From contig MU054662.1 in assembly GCA_013239625.1 (NCBI GenBank), positions 14,683,798-14,747,797 on the forward strand: a DNA stretch of 64,000 nucleotides, written 5' to 3'. Positions within the stretch are counted from its first letter, which is position 1. Every line of letters begins with the position of its first letter. Both the position numbers and the translations under genes were made by a program. Shown one piece after another: positions 37,306 to 50,300 of the stretch. The DNA is from Lama guanicoe. Taxonomy: Eukaryota. The notes beneath the pieces were generated by a model. The model made no database searches, had not been told where the DNA came from, and saw nothing but the letters and a program-made list of their open reading frames with translations.

Positions 37306-38434
37306 AGTTAGCAGCCCAGACAGCAGTATTAGTTGGGATAGGCTCCCCTTCCATAGTGAACCTGCCCCCAACCCCCAGTTCCCTGGGTCTCACTGCACTT
37401 TGTCCTCCTTCACCGTGTCCCCAACTTATGGGGAAGGAGCAGGTGGATGAGAAGAGGGCCACAGAGTTTGCGGGCCAGCATTCTCCAAACCACTGGTGCC
37501 CAATTGTGTCTTTCGTTTTCTTTCTGTTAGTCCCTGTGGTCTTTGGAGAGGAAGTCATTACATCATAACCATGTGGCTGGTATTTGCGAGACTCTTCTAA
37601 CATTGGAATGAACGAGTGATGACTGGCCGTCAGAAGGGGCAAGTCCCTGGCTGGTCCCCATCAGCTGGGGCTCAGCTCAGACGTAACAACTGAAAAAAGC
37701 CGGCATCTGGGCCTCTCCAGGGCTGATCCTGCCTTCAGGAAATCCAGTGGGGGCCCGTTTTTATTCTGGTCCTTTTCTCACGTCGGCTCTGATGAATCTT
37801 GAAGCAAAAGTTTGAGGCCGGGTGAGAACAGACCGCACACGAGGTCACTGCCCAGGTCTGTCCTCCTAAATAAATGTCACCCTTCCTGGTCTTGCTACCA
37901 CCCCGGGCCCTGCCAGCCTCCCAGATCAGAGACCCCACTGAGGGACTGTCAGTGCTCGGCCAGTTCCCCGCCCTGGTTAAGCAGGTGAGAAAAGCCAGTC
38001 TGCTGCCTAAGGCCTGGCGTCCCTTTCTCCTCTGGGTGGGAGTCCGTTCACTCTCCGGAGCTGGCAGGTGCTGCCGCCCAGACCGGCTCAAATCAGGCTG
38101 GAGACTGGGGACCGGAGCTGGGAGAGGATGGGATTTTTTTTTTCCGAGGAGGACAGTAATTGCGGTGACACGTGGTGAGCAAATAGTTCTGGGGGACTCC
38201 CTCTGTCCCCAGAAGGCTGCCCCGAGCAGCCCTCTGCTTAGGAGGTGCTCAGACTCCCTCTGAGAAGACAGGCTGATGTGCCCGACACCCAGTTCCCTGG
38301 GGCAGCTGAGGGGTCAGCACACCAGGCCCTGACCTGGGTGATGTTGCTGTGTGCAGTGAGGAGGCGGCACAGGGCACGCTGGCGAGGGTAGCGCCTGAGC
38401 CAGGCTAGCAAGGGCCGAACGCAGAGCCCTGAGG

Positions 38435-38545
38435 AGCGGACGGTGTTACCATCCTCATTTCACACAGGGAAAGTGAGGCACAGAGTGGGTAATCAGCTGG
38501 CCCAAGGACAGACAGCCCAGGGTGGCAGAGCAGGATGGAATCCAC
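38435..38545 (-). mobile_element. MIR SINE
   Basis: catcctcatttcacacagggaaagtgaggcacagagtgggtaatcagctggcccaaggacagacagc...ggcagagcaggatggaatcc. Confidence 0.85.
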
Positions 38546-38649
38546 CCCCTCAACCTTAGGGGCTCCCCTGGGTGTCCCTAAGAGCAGGTGGGAGGGCGTA
38601 CGTGGGAACTGGGCTGGCTGGTTCAGGCCAGCATCACCGTCTTGACCCT

Positions 38650-38755
38650 CGCTTAGGCAAACTCCTATCTCTTGTCCTAAACCTTAAGTGTTCTCATCTG
38701 TGAAATGGGACAGTGGGCCCCACTGCAAAAGGTTTTTGTGAAGGTCATGTGGCAG
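38650..38755 (+). mobile_element. MIR SINE
   Basis: ttctcatctgtgaaatggga...aggtttttgtgaaggtca. Confidence 0.7.
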
Positions 38756-39984
38756 GACACCGAGCTGCCTCTTGACCCCAGTCCTGTCTGTTCCCAGGGC
38801 CCATGTGACATTATCTTCCCAGAGCCCACGAGTAGCTGCCGCATACTAAACTGTTGTCTAGACTGGTCTGATTTCTAAGGCTGAAGGACAAAATTTAGAA
38901 CTGAACACCCTGGAGATTTGGAACCTGAATACTATTTCATTCTTAGCAGCTCCTGCCAGCAGCCCCGACTTCCCTGCTGGGCCTTGAGGGCTGACTGTTC
39001 AGAGCCCAAGGTCACTTGCCTGGGGTGGGGGACCCAGGACAGGCTGGTGGGGGCGTGGTCTGTCATCTGCACAAGTCAGAGAGCAGATGGAAAACGCTTT
39101 CGTGCTTGAGGAAGATTGACTTTCCTTATGATCTTCTCCAGTCATAGTAAATAATGTTGTGAGCCTGGAATGGAGGGGCTGGAAGGAGGGGCCACCGACG
39201 CAGCGAGGGGAGACGGCAGGGCACCGAGGCTTCTTCTGTGACGCCTTCACCTCTGTGGCCTCAGCTCCTCCAGGCTCCCAGGTCAAAGGCTTATGTGTGA
39301 TGCCAGGTGAAACGCGTAATCTCATCTGAAGTTTAAGGGCAAAGCGGACCCCCTGGCCCATGTGGAGGAGAGTCTGCATCCGAGGGAGTCAGTGCACTCT
39401 CTGAGGTCCATCCTCTGCCCAGGAAGTGCTAGTCCCGGGGCATGGGGGGCAGGGCCAGGCTCTCCGCTCACACCTGCGACCACACAGAGGATGTGCCACC
39501 CCAGACCTGCTTCCTGCTCACACGCCCGCCTCCTGGGACTTCCGGGGACAAGATGAGGGGGTCCTCGAGTACAGCCCATCAAAGGCACTGGGTGCCCACG
39601 TTCCCTGCCTGTCTCTGGCATTGCCGCTGCTGAAGCCTCTCCCAGCAAAGCAGCCAGCTCCATGGACATAGGGAGGAGGTCCCTCCAGACCCAGGATACT
39701 ACGTGGGCTGCAGGGAGGTGAGCTTTGCAGGAGAAGAGCAGTCAGCCAGGTGGCCTGGGGAACTGCCCCTTCTCCCGGCCGCGCAGGACTCCATCTCTTA
39801 ATGGTAGGGGCACAAGGATGGGGGTTTCTGTCACGTTTTCAGGTTAATTAGCAGGATTGAGGTCACAGGAGCTGGAAGATTCAGGCTGGGAGATGCTTCT
39901 GTGGGTTTGCAGAACTTTCGTCATCTGCCCCATGTGCTTCCATGGGGTGGGGGGCTCAAATGGTCAAGAATGTCCACGCTCCTT

Positions 39985-40140
39985 CCAAACAGACCTGGGC
40001 TCATCTCCTACCTCTTATTGTCACAGGCTGTGTGATTTAGATCAAATTACTTAACCTCTCTGTGCCTTGGCTTCCTCAGTTGAGGAGAGAGATAGTGGGA
40101 GCACCTCCCCCAGGCTGGTGAGAATTACGTGAGACGAGGT
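39985..40140 (+). mobile_element. MIR SINE
   Basis: cagacctgggctcatctc...gctgtgtgatttagatcaaattacttaacctctctgtgccttggcttcctca...ggctggtgagaattacgtgaga. Confidence 0.88.
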
Positions 40141-40399
40141 CCATGAGCTGCTGGGGTGGGGACAGCGCTTAGGACAGGTCCGCAGTGTGAGGGCTGCCTG
40201 CCCGTCCCCTTTGTTACCAAGGCCTGCTGTCCCCCCAAGAGACCCCCTCAGCTGTCTGTTCTCACCTGGGGCCAGAACCTGTGCTTTGTACTCACCTTCC
40301 TGCTCATTAAAAAAATTTTCCATTTCTTATGGTTTCATTGATTTTTGTGGCTTTCGTCTAGCTATTTTTTCTTCACTGAGATATGTATTCTCTAAAATT

Positions 40400-40447
40400 G
40401 ATCAGTCATCTATCAGTCAATCTATCTACCTACTATCTGTCTGTCTT
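40400..40447. repeat. Degenerate (TCTA/TCTG)n microsatellite
   Basis: tcagtcatctatcagtcaatctatctacctactatctgtctgtct. Confidence 0.65.
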
Positions 40448-40893
40448 TCCTCTGCCTACAACTATATTACAACCTGGCTCTGCCCAAGGTGCTCTGCCCT
40501 GGGGCCTCTGCACCCCATGACACTTGTATCTTGGGGTCCCCATGGAGGGAGTTGCCTGGTTTGGCGTCCACCTTGCCTCAGTGACCAACAGAACTTTCAC
40601 CACTGTAATCAGGCTGATTCGAGCCTTTGAGCTCAGGGTTTTGCAAATCTGAACTTGGTGAACATTTTTTTCCCTAGTAAGGGGGTGTTGCCTGTGGCCC
40701 CTCCCTGGCTCCCCTGGACACCCTCCTTCCCTGGGGTCCTGGCATCTTTGGTGGCCTCTCCGCCTCTCCAGCCTCCCAGTAAAGGTCAGGCTTCATATCT
40801 ACAACCGTATCTGTGCCTGTTTTCCATTTCTTTCTGTGAAATCCTTCAAGGTTACCTCCAGCTGGCCGCCCAGCTGCCCAACTGCTGGGAAAC

Positions 40894-40907
40894 GTCTCCA
40901 TGGCAAC
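40894..40907. promoter_or_regulatory. RFX X-box motif GTCTCCATGGCAAC
   Basis: Close match to the RFX palindrome GTTGCCATGGCAAC; motif only, function untested. Confidence 0.45.
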
Positions 40908-43900
40908 AGTTCCTACTCTTCCTTCTTCCCAGGCTGGAAGCTCCGCCCCAGGGTCCAGCACCTGAGCGGCGCTGGTTTCAAGGGGACGGGCCAGGCCCCC
41001 TGCCCTACGGCTGCCGTGAGAACCGCGTAGTCTTCCAACTCTGAGTGCTTCAGCAAAGAAACCAAACGACTTGGATTTCTCCCCAAAATGCCATCAGAAA
41101 TGGCGGCACTAGGCTCCTCTGAAGGCTGGTGAGGTTAAAAGAGGGATGACCCATGGCTCCCTGCAGCCGGCGGAGGGAGAAGATGCCATCCGTGGGGCCT
41201 GTGTGTGGGACTGGATTCCCTGCGGAGGGCCTGCAGCTCTTTTCCAGAAACAAGGAGATGCCCCAGAGAATGGGGAACAATCAACACTGTTCTGGGCCAA
41301 ATTCTACCAGTTTTAAATAATGCCGTCGCCTTTGGAGGCCTGGAGGTCCCCAGGGGCCTTCATAGTAGATGAGCCCCCCTCCCTTCCCAAGGCTCTGCTG
41401 GGGGAGGCCTGGGTGTCCTGTCCCCACATCACACATCACTCGGATCTGGGGGGGCAGGGCCCTCAGTGCGAGGGAGCAGCAGTGGGCATGCCCTCCCCAC
41501 CTTGAAGACGCTGGTCCAGACCTCTTCCCACCCTCCCAGGTGACGGGCCAGACCTGGGTTCCCCACCTCGGCCTCTGTCTCACCAGCCTGTGTGGAGGCC
41601 AGTCCTGCAGATTCTGCCGCCCTGGGACCTCAGGCTGACCCTTTTGCCCTCAACTCTACCCCACTGCCAGAGCTGGGTCCTCAGTGCACCTCCCAGGACC
41701 AGTCCCACAGCCTCCTGCGGTCTCCCCCGCCAGCATCCACCCTGTCCTACTCATGCCAGTGACCCTGGGAGACCCAGGTCTTGTTCTCCAGAGATTGGCC
41801 TGAAGCCCTCATGGCCCCTGCTCTCAGGATCGGCCCAACCCCTGGGTTGGTGTGCAGACCCCTCCCCTCCCAGCCCTCCCCTGTTCAGGGCCCCTCCTCC
41901 TCCTCCCTGCACTGGGTCCCCTCCTGACACTTGGTGCTGGCCCTTTCTGCCTGTGGCCCTCTTGTAGATGCTTGTGCTGACTCTGTGTGACTGTGTGTCC
42001 CCTGGACTTTCATCCTTCCTGCTTCATGGCTGGGGCTGTGGCCCACCACTGTCTCGTCAGTGCCTAGGGCAGTGCCCGGCTGAGAGGCTGCAGGATAGAC
42101 AGACTCGTGGGCAAAGGGAGGGGCGACGTGGATGAGTGAGCACAGGATCGGTGGGGAGGGGGGCCTTTCCACACTGGGAGAGGTCTGTGAATTTCCGAGG
42201 GTCCCGTGGAAGTTCAGAGGCATGGCTCAGCTCAGGACCAGGTTCATCTGCCCCCCAGCCGCCCAAGGAGCCTGGAGGACAGAGCCAGTCCCTGGGCCGA
42301 CCAGCACCTGGTCACAGGGGACATCCATTCCTTAGACCTCCTGTTTCTGGCAGAGCCCTGGTTCTCAGCTAGAGACAGCCCAGCCCAGAGCTCCGGGGGC
42401 CCCTTCTCTGTGCCATGAGGGGCCCTGCCTACTCTCGATGGTCGAGGCCTCCTCTGGACTTCAAGACCCTGACCCTGGGTCTGGCTCCCTCAGGCAGGCC
42501 CCCAGTCTCCGGCGACACTTGCTTGTATCCAAGCATGGAGCAAGGAGGCCTGTGTACCCGGGGTGCCCAGGTAAACGTGCATTTCAGGTAGCAGCCCGTG
42601 GTTTTAGTGTAAGCATGTCCTTAACGCCACAGGGCATCCTGGTTATTGTTTCCCTTCTAACTCAGCAGCCCGGGTGCATAGTCACCAAGAGCAGAGTCAG
42701 GGCAGAATCCAGTGGGTGCACGGGCATTCCCGGCTCCAGGCTCCGTGGGCAGATTCCTGCCCACACCAGCAGAGGTGGCAGGGTCCGACCCTCACAGCAT
42801 TCCCGCCTGAGGCCCAGCCTTTGCTCGGGGCTCAGGGCACCCCCTGCTCTTCCCCCAGCAAACTCGCAGCCCCTGACCTGGGTCTCTGTGACGGCCACCA
42901 GCCCCTGCTCTCAACGCTCTTTCCTTGTCCCTAGAAACTTCCTTCCTGCCTCTACAGCCCGTGCTTCCTCACAGGGAGGTGGATGAACCCTAGGGGAGAG
43001 GCTCTCGCTGCAAAATTTCTCTTTGGTAAGAGCAGAAGTTCATCCATCAATCCCGGTGGAGGCTCTGAAGAGTGATCCTGACTCCCTCGCTGGCCAGCTG
43101 CCCATTTTTCAGGATGAGGAGGAGGGACCCTCACCAGGCGAGACAAGGGAAGGCTCCCCTAAATGGCCTCGCTCGTCCATTGCCTGTGTGTCCAGTATAG
43201 AACAGTATCCGTTGCAGGGGCTGTGGGCCCTGGGGGGACGACACTCTCCACAGAGACCCCGTGGCCTGTGAATCACTCAGCTGGGGACAGGCAGACACAG
43301 GGGAGGGCGTGGGGGAAATGAAACAGCAGACTCGGAGGTGTGGGTGGGGAGATGGGAGGCCTTAGGGTGGCCAGCACCTGGTCAGGGCGCAGCGGGACAG
43401 GGCCTGGGGGCTGGGCCAGGCAGGGTGCAGGCAGAGTTAGTATTCAACTGTCCCATGAACGTTCACTGGGAGTCGTGTGCCAGATGTCATGCTGGCCTCC
43501 GTCCAACATACCAAATCGTTTAATGCCCACAAAAACTCTCAAAGGGATTTTTATTAGAGTCACAACAGATGTTACTGTTCAAACTGAGGTTTTCTGAACT
43601 GAACGGAAGTCTGACCCATTGGTGTGTTGGGGTGTCAGCCGCCCTCCAGGGTCCTGTGCAAGCTGAGCTGTGGGGTCACCCCAGGAAACAGGGCTCGGAG
43701 ACAATGGTGCATTTGCCCAGGCTCAGGGCACCGTCCTCCCCTCCACCAGGAGACAGCACAAGTGAGCCGTGAGCACCTGATGGACCTACGGGTCCCCACG
43801 CTCCAAGCGCCCTGTTCCCCAGCCAGCCTGGCTCCTTCTTCGGGTCAGAGCTGATCTAGCGGCAGGCGGTGGCCCCTCCGAGCCGTGATCTTGGGCTGGT

Positions 43901-44231
43901 GGGGGGTGGGGGTTAGGGGGGTCTCTGTGGTCACTGTCCACCCCTTAGGTCTGGATAGCACTGACCTGCACGTCCTCTGAGGGTCAGTTTGTCTATCAGA
44001 TGTCTTTCTCCTTCCAGCCTGTGGCCTCTTCTTTCCTGGAATGTGGCTCCTGAGGGATGGGACGGCTCCTCCTGCTGCCCCTGGCCTCCCAACGGTACGC
44101 TTGTGCATACGTGTGTGGGGACAGGCCCATGGCTGTCTTCTAACTGGCGCCACTGCAGACAGAGTAGTGCTTTCCTGACCTGTTTTGCTGCAGACAAATT
44201 AGGGGTGAAGGACAGGGTGTTTTGTCTCCTC

Positions 44232-44410
44232 TTTCACTCAGCACTATTTATTGAAAATCTACTAAATCCCAGACACCTTATAGACTTTGAGGACACAGTA
44301 GTTTAAAAATTTCAGAAAACTCATGATGCTAATTTTATTGGGGGATATGGACAATAACCAAATGACAAAAAATATTTGAAATATCAGGAGTTCATAGTGC
44401 TCTGAAGACC
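44232..44410 (-). mobile_element. L2 LINE 3' remnant
   Basis: ttcactcagcactatttattgaaaatctactaaatcccagacacc...gaggacacagtagt...atagtgctctgaag. Confidence 0.75.
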
Positions 44411-45169
44411 ACTAAATCCGGGGAGAGGGAGGAACCAATTCAGAAGCTTGAGGCCCCCAGGGACACGGGCTGGAGGTGAGGGACCCGATCCTGGGCTGTG
44501 GGTGCCCCACTCCGGGCAAAAAGCCGTCAGGTTCTTGAGGACACGTGTGCTCAGTGCTTGTGATTCAAAGGTCAAGTGGTTCGACAGCTGGTGGGCTGTT
44601 TGCTGAGTGGGAAACAGCACAAAATGCTCAAAAAAAATGAATTTAGTCAAGAGGCGAGGGAGCCTCCTGGGAGGAGGGGCTCCCACGTGGACCCGGGGCC
44701 ATCTCGGGGCTGGTCAAGGAGGACTCGGCATCTCGGGTCCCTGGAGCTCCTCTGATCCGAACCCCTCCGCCTTTCCCCCGGACCTGTCAGCCCTGTGGTT
44801 CTGAGTGTCCTCTTGGGGGCAGTCACAGCCCCTCCCTGAGCCATCCTGGCTCATAGTCTGTGTGTGTCCCCCACTTTGAGTTTCTTACTCCCCTGATCCC
44901 TCCAATCTAGCGTAGGGACAGTAAATAGCCTTCCCTCTCGCCCCTCCCTGCTCCCCCAGGGGACCTTGTGTGGCAGCAGCTAGGCCCTGCCCTGGGCTGT
45001 AGGTCAGCACTGGGCAAAGAAGGATCACACTACTAGGCGGCTCTGCCCACAGGACGGGTGTCAGGGGTCAGGTGAGCCAGCAGAGCTTCCGGCACACAGA
45101 CATGCTCAACCTGGCCTAGCCGCTGCTGTGAGTTGTTCTTATTAAGCACAGGGCAAGTGTTTTATCAAA

Positions 45170-45315
45170 GTCTGCCTGATTCAACTCTCACAAATTTACC
45201 TATTATTCCATTTTACGAGCAAGAACGCTGAGGCTCAGAGAGGGTGGGTGAACATCGTAGGTCACACAGCAATTATGAGGAGCTGCAGTTCCATGCCAGG
45301 TCTGCGTGACCCAGA
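45170..45315 (-). mobile_element. MIR SINE
   Basis: ctattattccattttacgagcaagaacgctgaggctcagagaggg...ggtcacacagcaattatg. Confidence 0.85.
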
Positions 45316-45694
45316 GTGGCCTGGAGTGGGGCCAGACCTGTGCTTCCTCTTCCTGGGAGCCAGGGCCGGGGAGCACAGGCAGGAGGCACATCTCATGGGG
45401 AATTGTGGAATCCAGCTTTGCAGCAAACAGCAGAGGACAGTTGGATGCAATGAAACAGTTTGTGTTGGAATCTATTATGGTTCTGACATGAATTAATTAT
45501 GACCCTTCTGCAGGAGGAAACTTCATGTATAATTAATGTTTGCTGGAGGGAGGAGGAGCAGGGAGGGTGGAGGAGCTACCATCTTTGAGGGGGGCCCACT
45601 GGGGACGCGATCCTCTCTGCTGGGATCAGGTCGGCAGAGACCCTAACGTCAACTGCCAAGCCCCCGGGAGAGGGAACACCACACACCTGCTTAG

Positions 45695-45900
45695 TTCAAG
45701 CTGCACAGCAGCCTCAGGCTACATGTTACAGATGGGGAAACTGAGCAGAAGACTTGCATGGGGCAGCACAGCCGGGAGAGTGATGGTGTGACCGTCCACC
45801 TCCTGCCTCTAGACCTTGGGGCTGAGCCCGCACTTGGACTCTTTCTAGCTGCGTGATTGTGATCAAACCACTTAGCTCTCCAAGCCCCAGATCACGCGCC
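45695..45900. mobile_element. Two adjacent MIR fragments in opposite orientation
   Basis: Minus-strand catgttacagatggggaaactgag (~45720-45745), then plus-strand tagctgcgtgattgtgatcaaaccacttagctctccaagccccag (~45845-45890). Confidence 0.6.
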
Positions 45901-46688
45901 ATGAGGGAGACCAACTGGAAAGTCTGCCCACTCACTTTGGGGCCGGAGGAACTCAAGGTGGGCATGTCACCCGCTGTGTGCCCAGCGTGAAAGCTAGAGA
46001 GCCCGCCCTGGCAGGCTGTGCTGGTGTCTGGGCAGTGCTGACAGCAGAGATGGATGAGCAGGGCTGGGGCCCACCTTGGCTGGGGGGCCCCACAGGCTGC
46101 TGGGTGCTCCCTGGGGGCTGGATGACCAGGGACTGTCACAGTAACCCTGCAGCCATACCCACCAGCGTGTTCACAGGCCAGGCTCAGGCCTGTGGGTATA
46201 GACACCGCCAGCCCAGAGGATCTGCAACGTCCCTGGGAGGCCTGTGTGCCTGGAAGCCAAGCATCTCCAGATGACATGTGCCTGGAAGTCTGTGGCTCCA
46301 CCAGGTCCTGAGGCGAAGAGAACAGAGAGCCCAGGAACTTGAAATCTGACTGCTTCCCTCCAGGCGTCCTCCCCTCTGCTCCTGCCGCCACCCCCCAGCA
46401 GGTCCCCACCCCTCGCCCGAGGTCATCTGACTCAGGTCTCCCTCCTGCTGCCTGTCTCTCTGCTCTCACCACCAGGCAAGTTAAGTTCACTTGTCCCGAG
46501 CACAAGTGGTCTGCTTGGTTCTGCACTTGATGGCCAGGCCCATGTGGACACCAGACAAGTGTGGACTCAGTGAATGATGAGGGGGAGCGAGGGCTCAGGG
46601 GTTGCTGGGCGGCCCCTCCCGTGGGGAGATGGGAAGGGAATCTGAGAACCCTGAGTTGAAAGCCTCCTACCACATACTGACCTCCCCA

Positions 46689-46779
46689 CAAGGCAGGAGA
46701 GGTCCCCCAAGATGGGAGAGGGGTCCCCCCAAGGCAGGAGAGGTCCCCCAAGATGGGAGAGGGGTCCCCTCAAGGTGGA
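46689..46779. repeat. 41-bp tandem duplication (2 copies + partial), built of ~20-bp subunits
   Basis: caaggcaggagaggtcccccaagatgggagaggggtcccc at 46689 and 46730; caaggtgga at 46771. Confidence 0.92.
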
Positions 46780-46879
46780 AGAGAGGGCTGAGAGTAATTG
46801 CAGTGGCAAGGGGGCCCCGCCGCCCCAGCCGGGGCCGGTCAGCACCGCACTAATGAGCTGGTGACCGCAGGCTTACTTG

Positions 46880-47385
46880 CCCTGTTGTCGTGGGCGTGGC
46901 CCTCACCTCCGCGTCTTCCTCCCCAGGCCCCTACCCCAGCCTAACCACAAGAAAAACTTCAGACAAACCCCAACTGAGGGTCATTGTACAAAACACCTGC
47001 ATCATACTCTTCAAAACTGTCAAGGTAATAAAAATCAAAGAAGTCTGGAAATTAGCCAACAGGGGCTTAGGAGACATGATGACAAAATGTAAGGTGGTTT
47101 CATAGATGAGACCCTGGAGCAGGAAAGCAACCTGGGGAGAACAAGGAGTTGTGAACACTCTATGGAAATCGTTAAATGCTTTACCAATATTGGGCCATTA
47201 GGTGTGGCAGATATTGTGGGCAACGTAAGACGTTAGGATGGGAACAATCTTCACAGACAAACAATTTAAGGCATTGAAAACAGAAAACAGGAGCAGTCGG
47301 AGCCTCTTGGGGGTGGGTACGTGGGAACTCTGCACTCTCTTCACGGGTTGTCTGAAAATTTAAAACTATTCAGAATTGTAAAAGT
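46880..47385 (+). mobile_element. L1MC4-like 3' UTR remnant
   Basis: cagacaaaccccaactgagggtcattgtacaaaa...ctcttcaaaactgtcaaggt...ggagacatgatgacaaaatgtaag...gggtacgtgggaactctg...aaatttaaaactatt. Confidence 0.85.
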
Positions 47386-50300
47386 CGTCAAAGGGCTCCC
47401 GGTTTCTGGCCAGCCTTTGCTCAGAGAACCTAGGGTCACTGGCTGGAGCCGAGTGGATCAGAGGCAGCCACGAGGTGCGGGGGCACCTGCGGCTCCCCCG
47501 TGTAGTTCTCTCGTGAAGCCCTGCAGAGCCGAGAGGCACACACTCAGCTCATTCAGTTTCCAACCAAATATTGACACTTGAGACATCACTGGAGGAAAGT
47601 CCGCACGCTGCTTACTTTCTTGGGCTTCCTTTGTGAACTGTCCGGGGATCCTCTAGGGCGTCTGGGAGGCAGCTCACACACCTGTTAGGATGGCGCATGA
47701 CCCACATGTCGTGGTCTCGCTGTCCGACCCTGGTTCTGGGTCGTGCTGGCCTGAGGGTTGCTGTGGGTGTGGTCCTGCAGGGGCCAGTGTGGACCAGGGG
47801 GCAGCGCCTGATATGGTCATTTTCCTGGGAGGACAAGCTGTCCCTGGGCTGTGCCTGTCAGCTTTATGCCCAGGAGCCCAGGCTCATGTCCCTCCAGGAG
47901 GTCAGGGCAGGACTTGTCCAGTATCCACTGTCCTGCGGACCTCACCAGCTCGCTTCTTCCCACAGAGTCATCCTAGGGGCTGCCAGTTTGTGTCTTAAGT
48001 TCTCAAACCCAAACAGCAACAGCGACGCCCAGAGGTGAAGCCCCCCATGGACATACTGCTCCAACTGGGGACCCAGGTACAGGCATGGGAAGATTTCCTC
48101 GTGATTTTAATGAGCATCTAAGATTTCATAGAACAAAAAAATGGGGCCCCAGGTTAGTCTATAATGCATCCCTTCTCACTCCTGTGACTGCCAGGGGAAC
48201 TTCTGAATGGGGTGCACTCCCAGCCAAGTGCTCTGATGAAGAGCTGAGACGCAGGGCCGGTGTCCAGACAGCCAACAGGGGAGACACAAGGTATCAGTGA
48301 GTCACTGCCCGGCTGGCTAAGGGTCACCTGGTCTGCAGAATGTCTATCGGGCCTTTCTACTTGCTGGCCTGTGATCTCTTGTCTTTGTTAAACTAACACA
48401 GTTTCAGTTTTCCAGCAAATGTGCTTAAGAATGGACAGCTACGCATCCTGTGGAGTGGGAGGGAGCTGGGGGGAGAACCTGAGCACCTCCAGCTGAATGT
48501 GGAGAGTCCTGGGGAGTCACCGGACAGAGGGGCAGCTGGAGAAAGAGGAAAAAGAGGGAGGAAAGGGGGTGGAGCGGGACCCACAGACAAGAAAACCAGA
48601 GGGTCGCAGTCTGGCTGCGTCTGCGACTCTGCTGACACTGCAGGGCCCTTTAAGGGGGGAGGGCCGGGGGCGTCTGGTCCCATGTTGTTCCCAGGAGGGG
48701 ACTGGGACCCTCACAGGACGTGGTACCATCTTACCAGATGTTTGACTCAGCGGAAGGAGGCTGCCTGCCTTTGAACGGCTGTGTGCAGAGGATGAGATTG
48801 GACACTCATCACTGTCTTGCTGTAGGCCAGGCGCTGTGCAGACATAATCCCATTCTATCCTCCAGTGATCCCTTTGGGATGGAGATGCTCGCTGCTCCTG
48901 TGGAACAGGCAGGAAAGGGCGGCACCAGCCAGGGCGGAGGGAACAGGCTGCCAGGCAGGGTCGTCTTCCTGCGGGCGCACAGCCTCCTTCACCCCCCACT
49001 CACTGCAGGGAGGGAAGCCCTTACCCTTGGAGGGACTGCATGAGGATGGGAGCTTCTTGAGGGATTCAAGCCCAGGCTGGTGGGCCCTTGCCTGCAGCAT
49101 GTGGTGGGATGTTCAGACTTCAGACGGGGGTGCCCGGAGACTCTGCCCACAGTGCCGCCACGAGTTTCCTGCAGACTCTGTGACCACCCGAGCTGGGACT
49201 AGAGCTGGATCTCCTGACTGTCTGCTTCACTGATGCTTTCACGAGAGTGAAGAGGAGACTCAAACAGTGAGAGGCTTACGCAGAAAACGCAGAAGTAGAG
49301 AAGAGGAAACTCAAAGGAGATGCTTCCAGTGTAGGTAGGCAGGGCCATCCTCACCGGCGGGGCTGTGTCTGTGCCTCAACTCATAGGGAAATATTTTGAA
49401 TTTTTTAAATAAAATTAACTTTGTTCATCTTCCTGGCCTAGGAAGTTCCACCTTTAGATATTTCTGTCTTTGGACTGTAAATATTTTCAGTCTAAACTAG
49501 ACACCCCTGGGAGGAATAACACACAAGGTGTAAGGGGAGGTCGGGTTTATCAACTCCTGTCCCTCGTGGTCTGGGGGTGAACAGGCCTGGGGAGGAGCTG
49601 GCAGGTGTGAGCTCGGGCCTGGGGGGCTCCTAAGAGGCCTGCTGCCCACTTCTCAGCATTGCATCCCTTCAGACCAAGAGGTAACAGGGTATTTTGCTGT
49701 CCTGACTCTGACTGAAGCGTGTCCTCCTCAGTCCGGGCCTGCGACTTTGACCAGACCCAAGGGGCTGCGGCAGAGGGTCTCAGAGAAACCTCGGTGAGAA
49801 GGAAGGACTGGCGGCCTTAACGGTTCAGCCCCACATGTCCCGAGAGTTGCTCTGGGGAGAGGGTGGTGCAGAGATTCCATTAACACCATGGGTCAGGGAC
49901 TCGGGTCCTCAGGAGGACTATGGCTGCAGGAGGCCTGCCCTCGGGGACACGGTGGGTGCAGGGCTGTCCTGCCAGGTCAGGTGACAATGGCCCTGCTCTG
50001 GGAGGGACGAGACATGGGCCTGGGACCCCTGACCTTTCAGGCCCTCAGATTCTGGCTGCGGCTGCCCTGGCTCCAGTGCTGGGTCGTCATGACCAGGGAC
50101 CGCGTGTCTGTGGGGTCAGATGGAGAAGGGGCCAGAGCAGAGGGGGGCTTTGCCGTCTGGCTGTCTGTCACCACTGCTGTGACTCTGCTCAAGTCAGGGC
50201 CTTGCTGGGAGGGTTTCCTGTCAGGAGGGTGAGGACAGTGTGGCCTGGCGGGGACCAGAGCCAGGCAGCCCTCCCCTGCGTCCCAGATCGCCGAGACCCT

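Noticed and set aside
45726-46751. Longest ORF (341 aa), and similar 200-314 aa ORFs at 26880-27824, 28231-29067, 34570-35406 and 50760-51548
   Set aside because: Pro/Gly/Ser/Arg-rich with no recognisable domain. Many start at GTG/TTG or cross MIRs and tandem repeats. This is expected by chance in GC-rich DNA.
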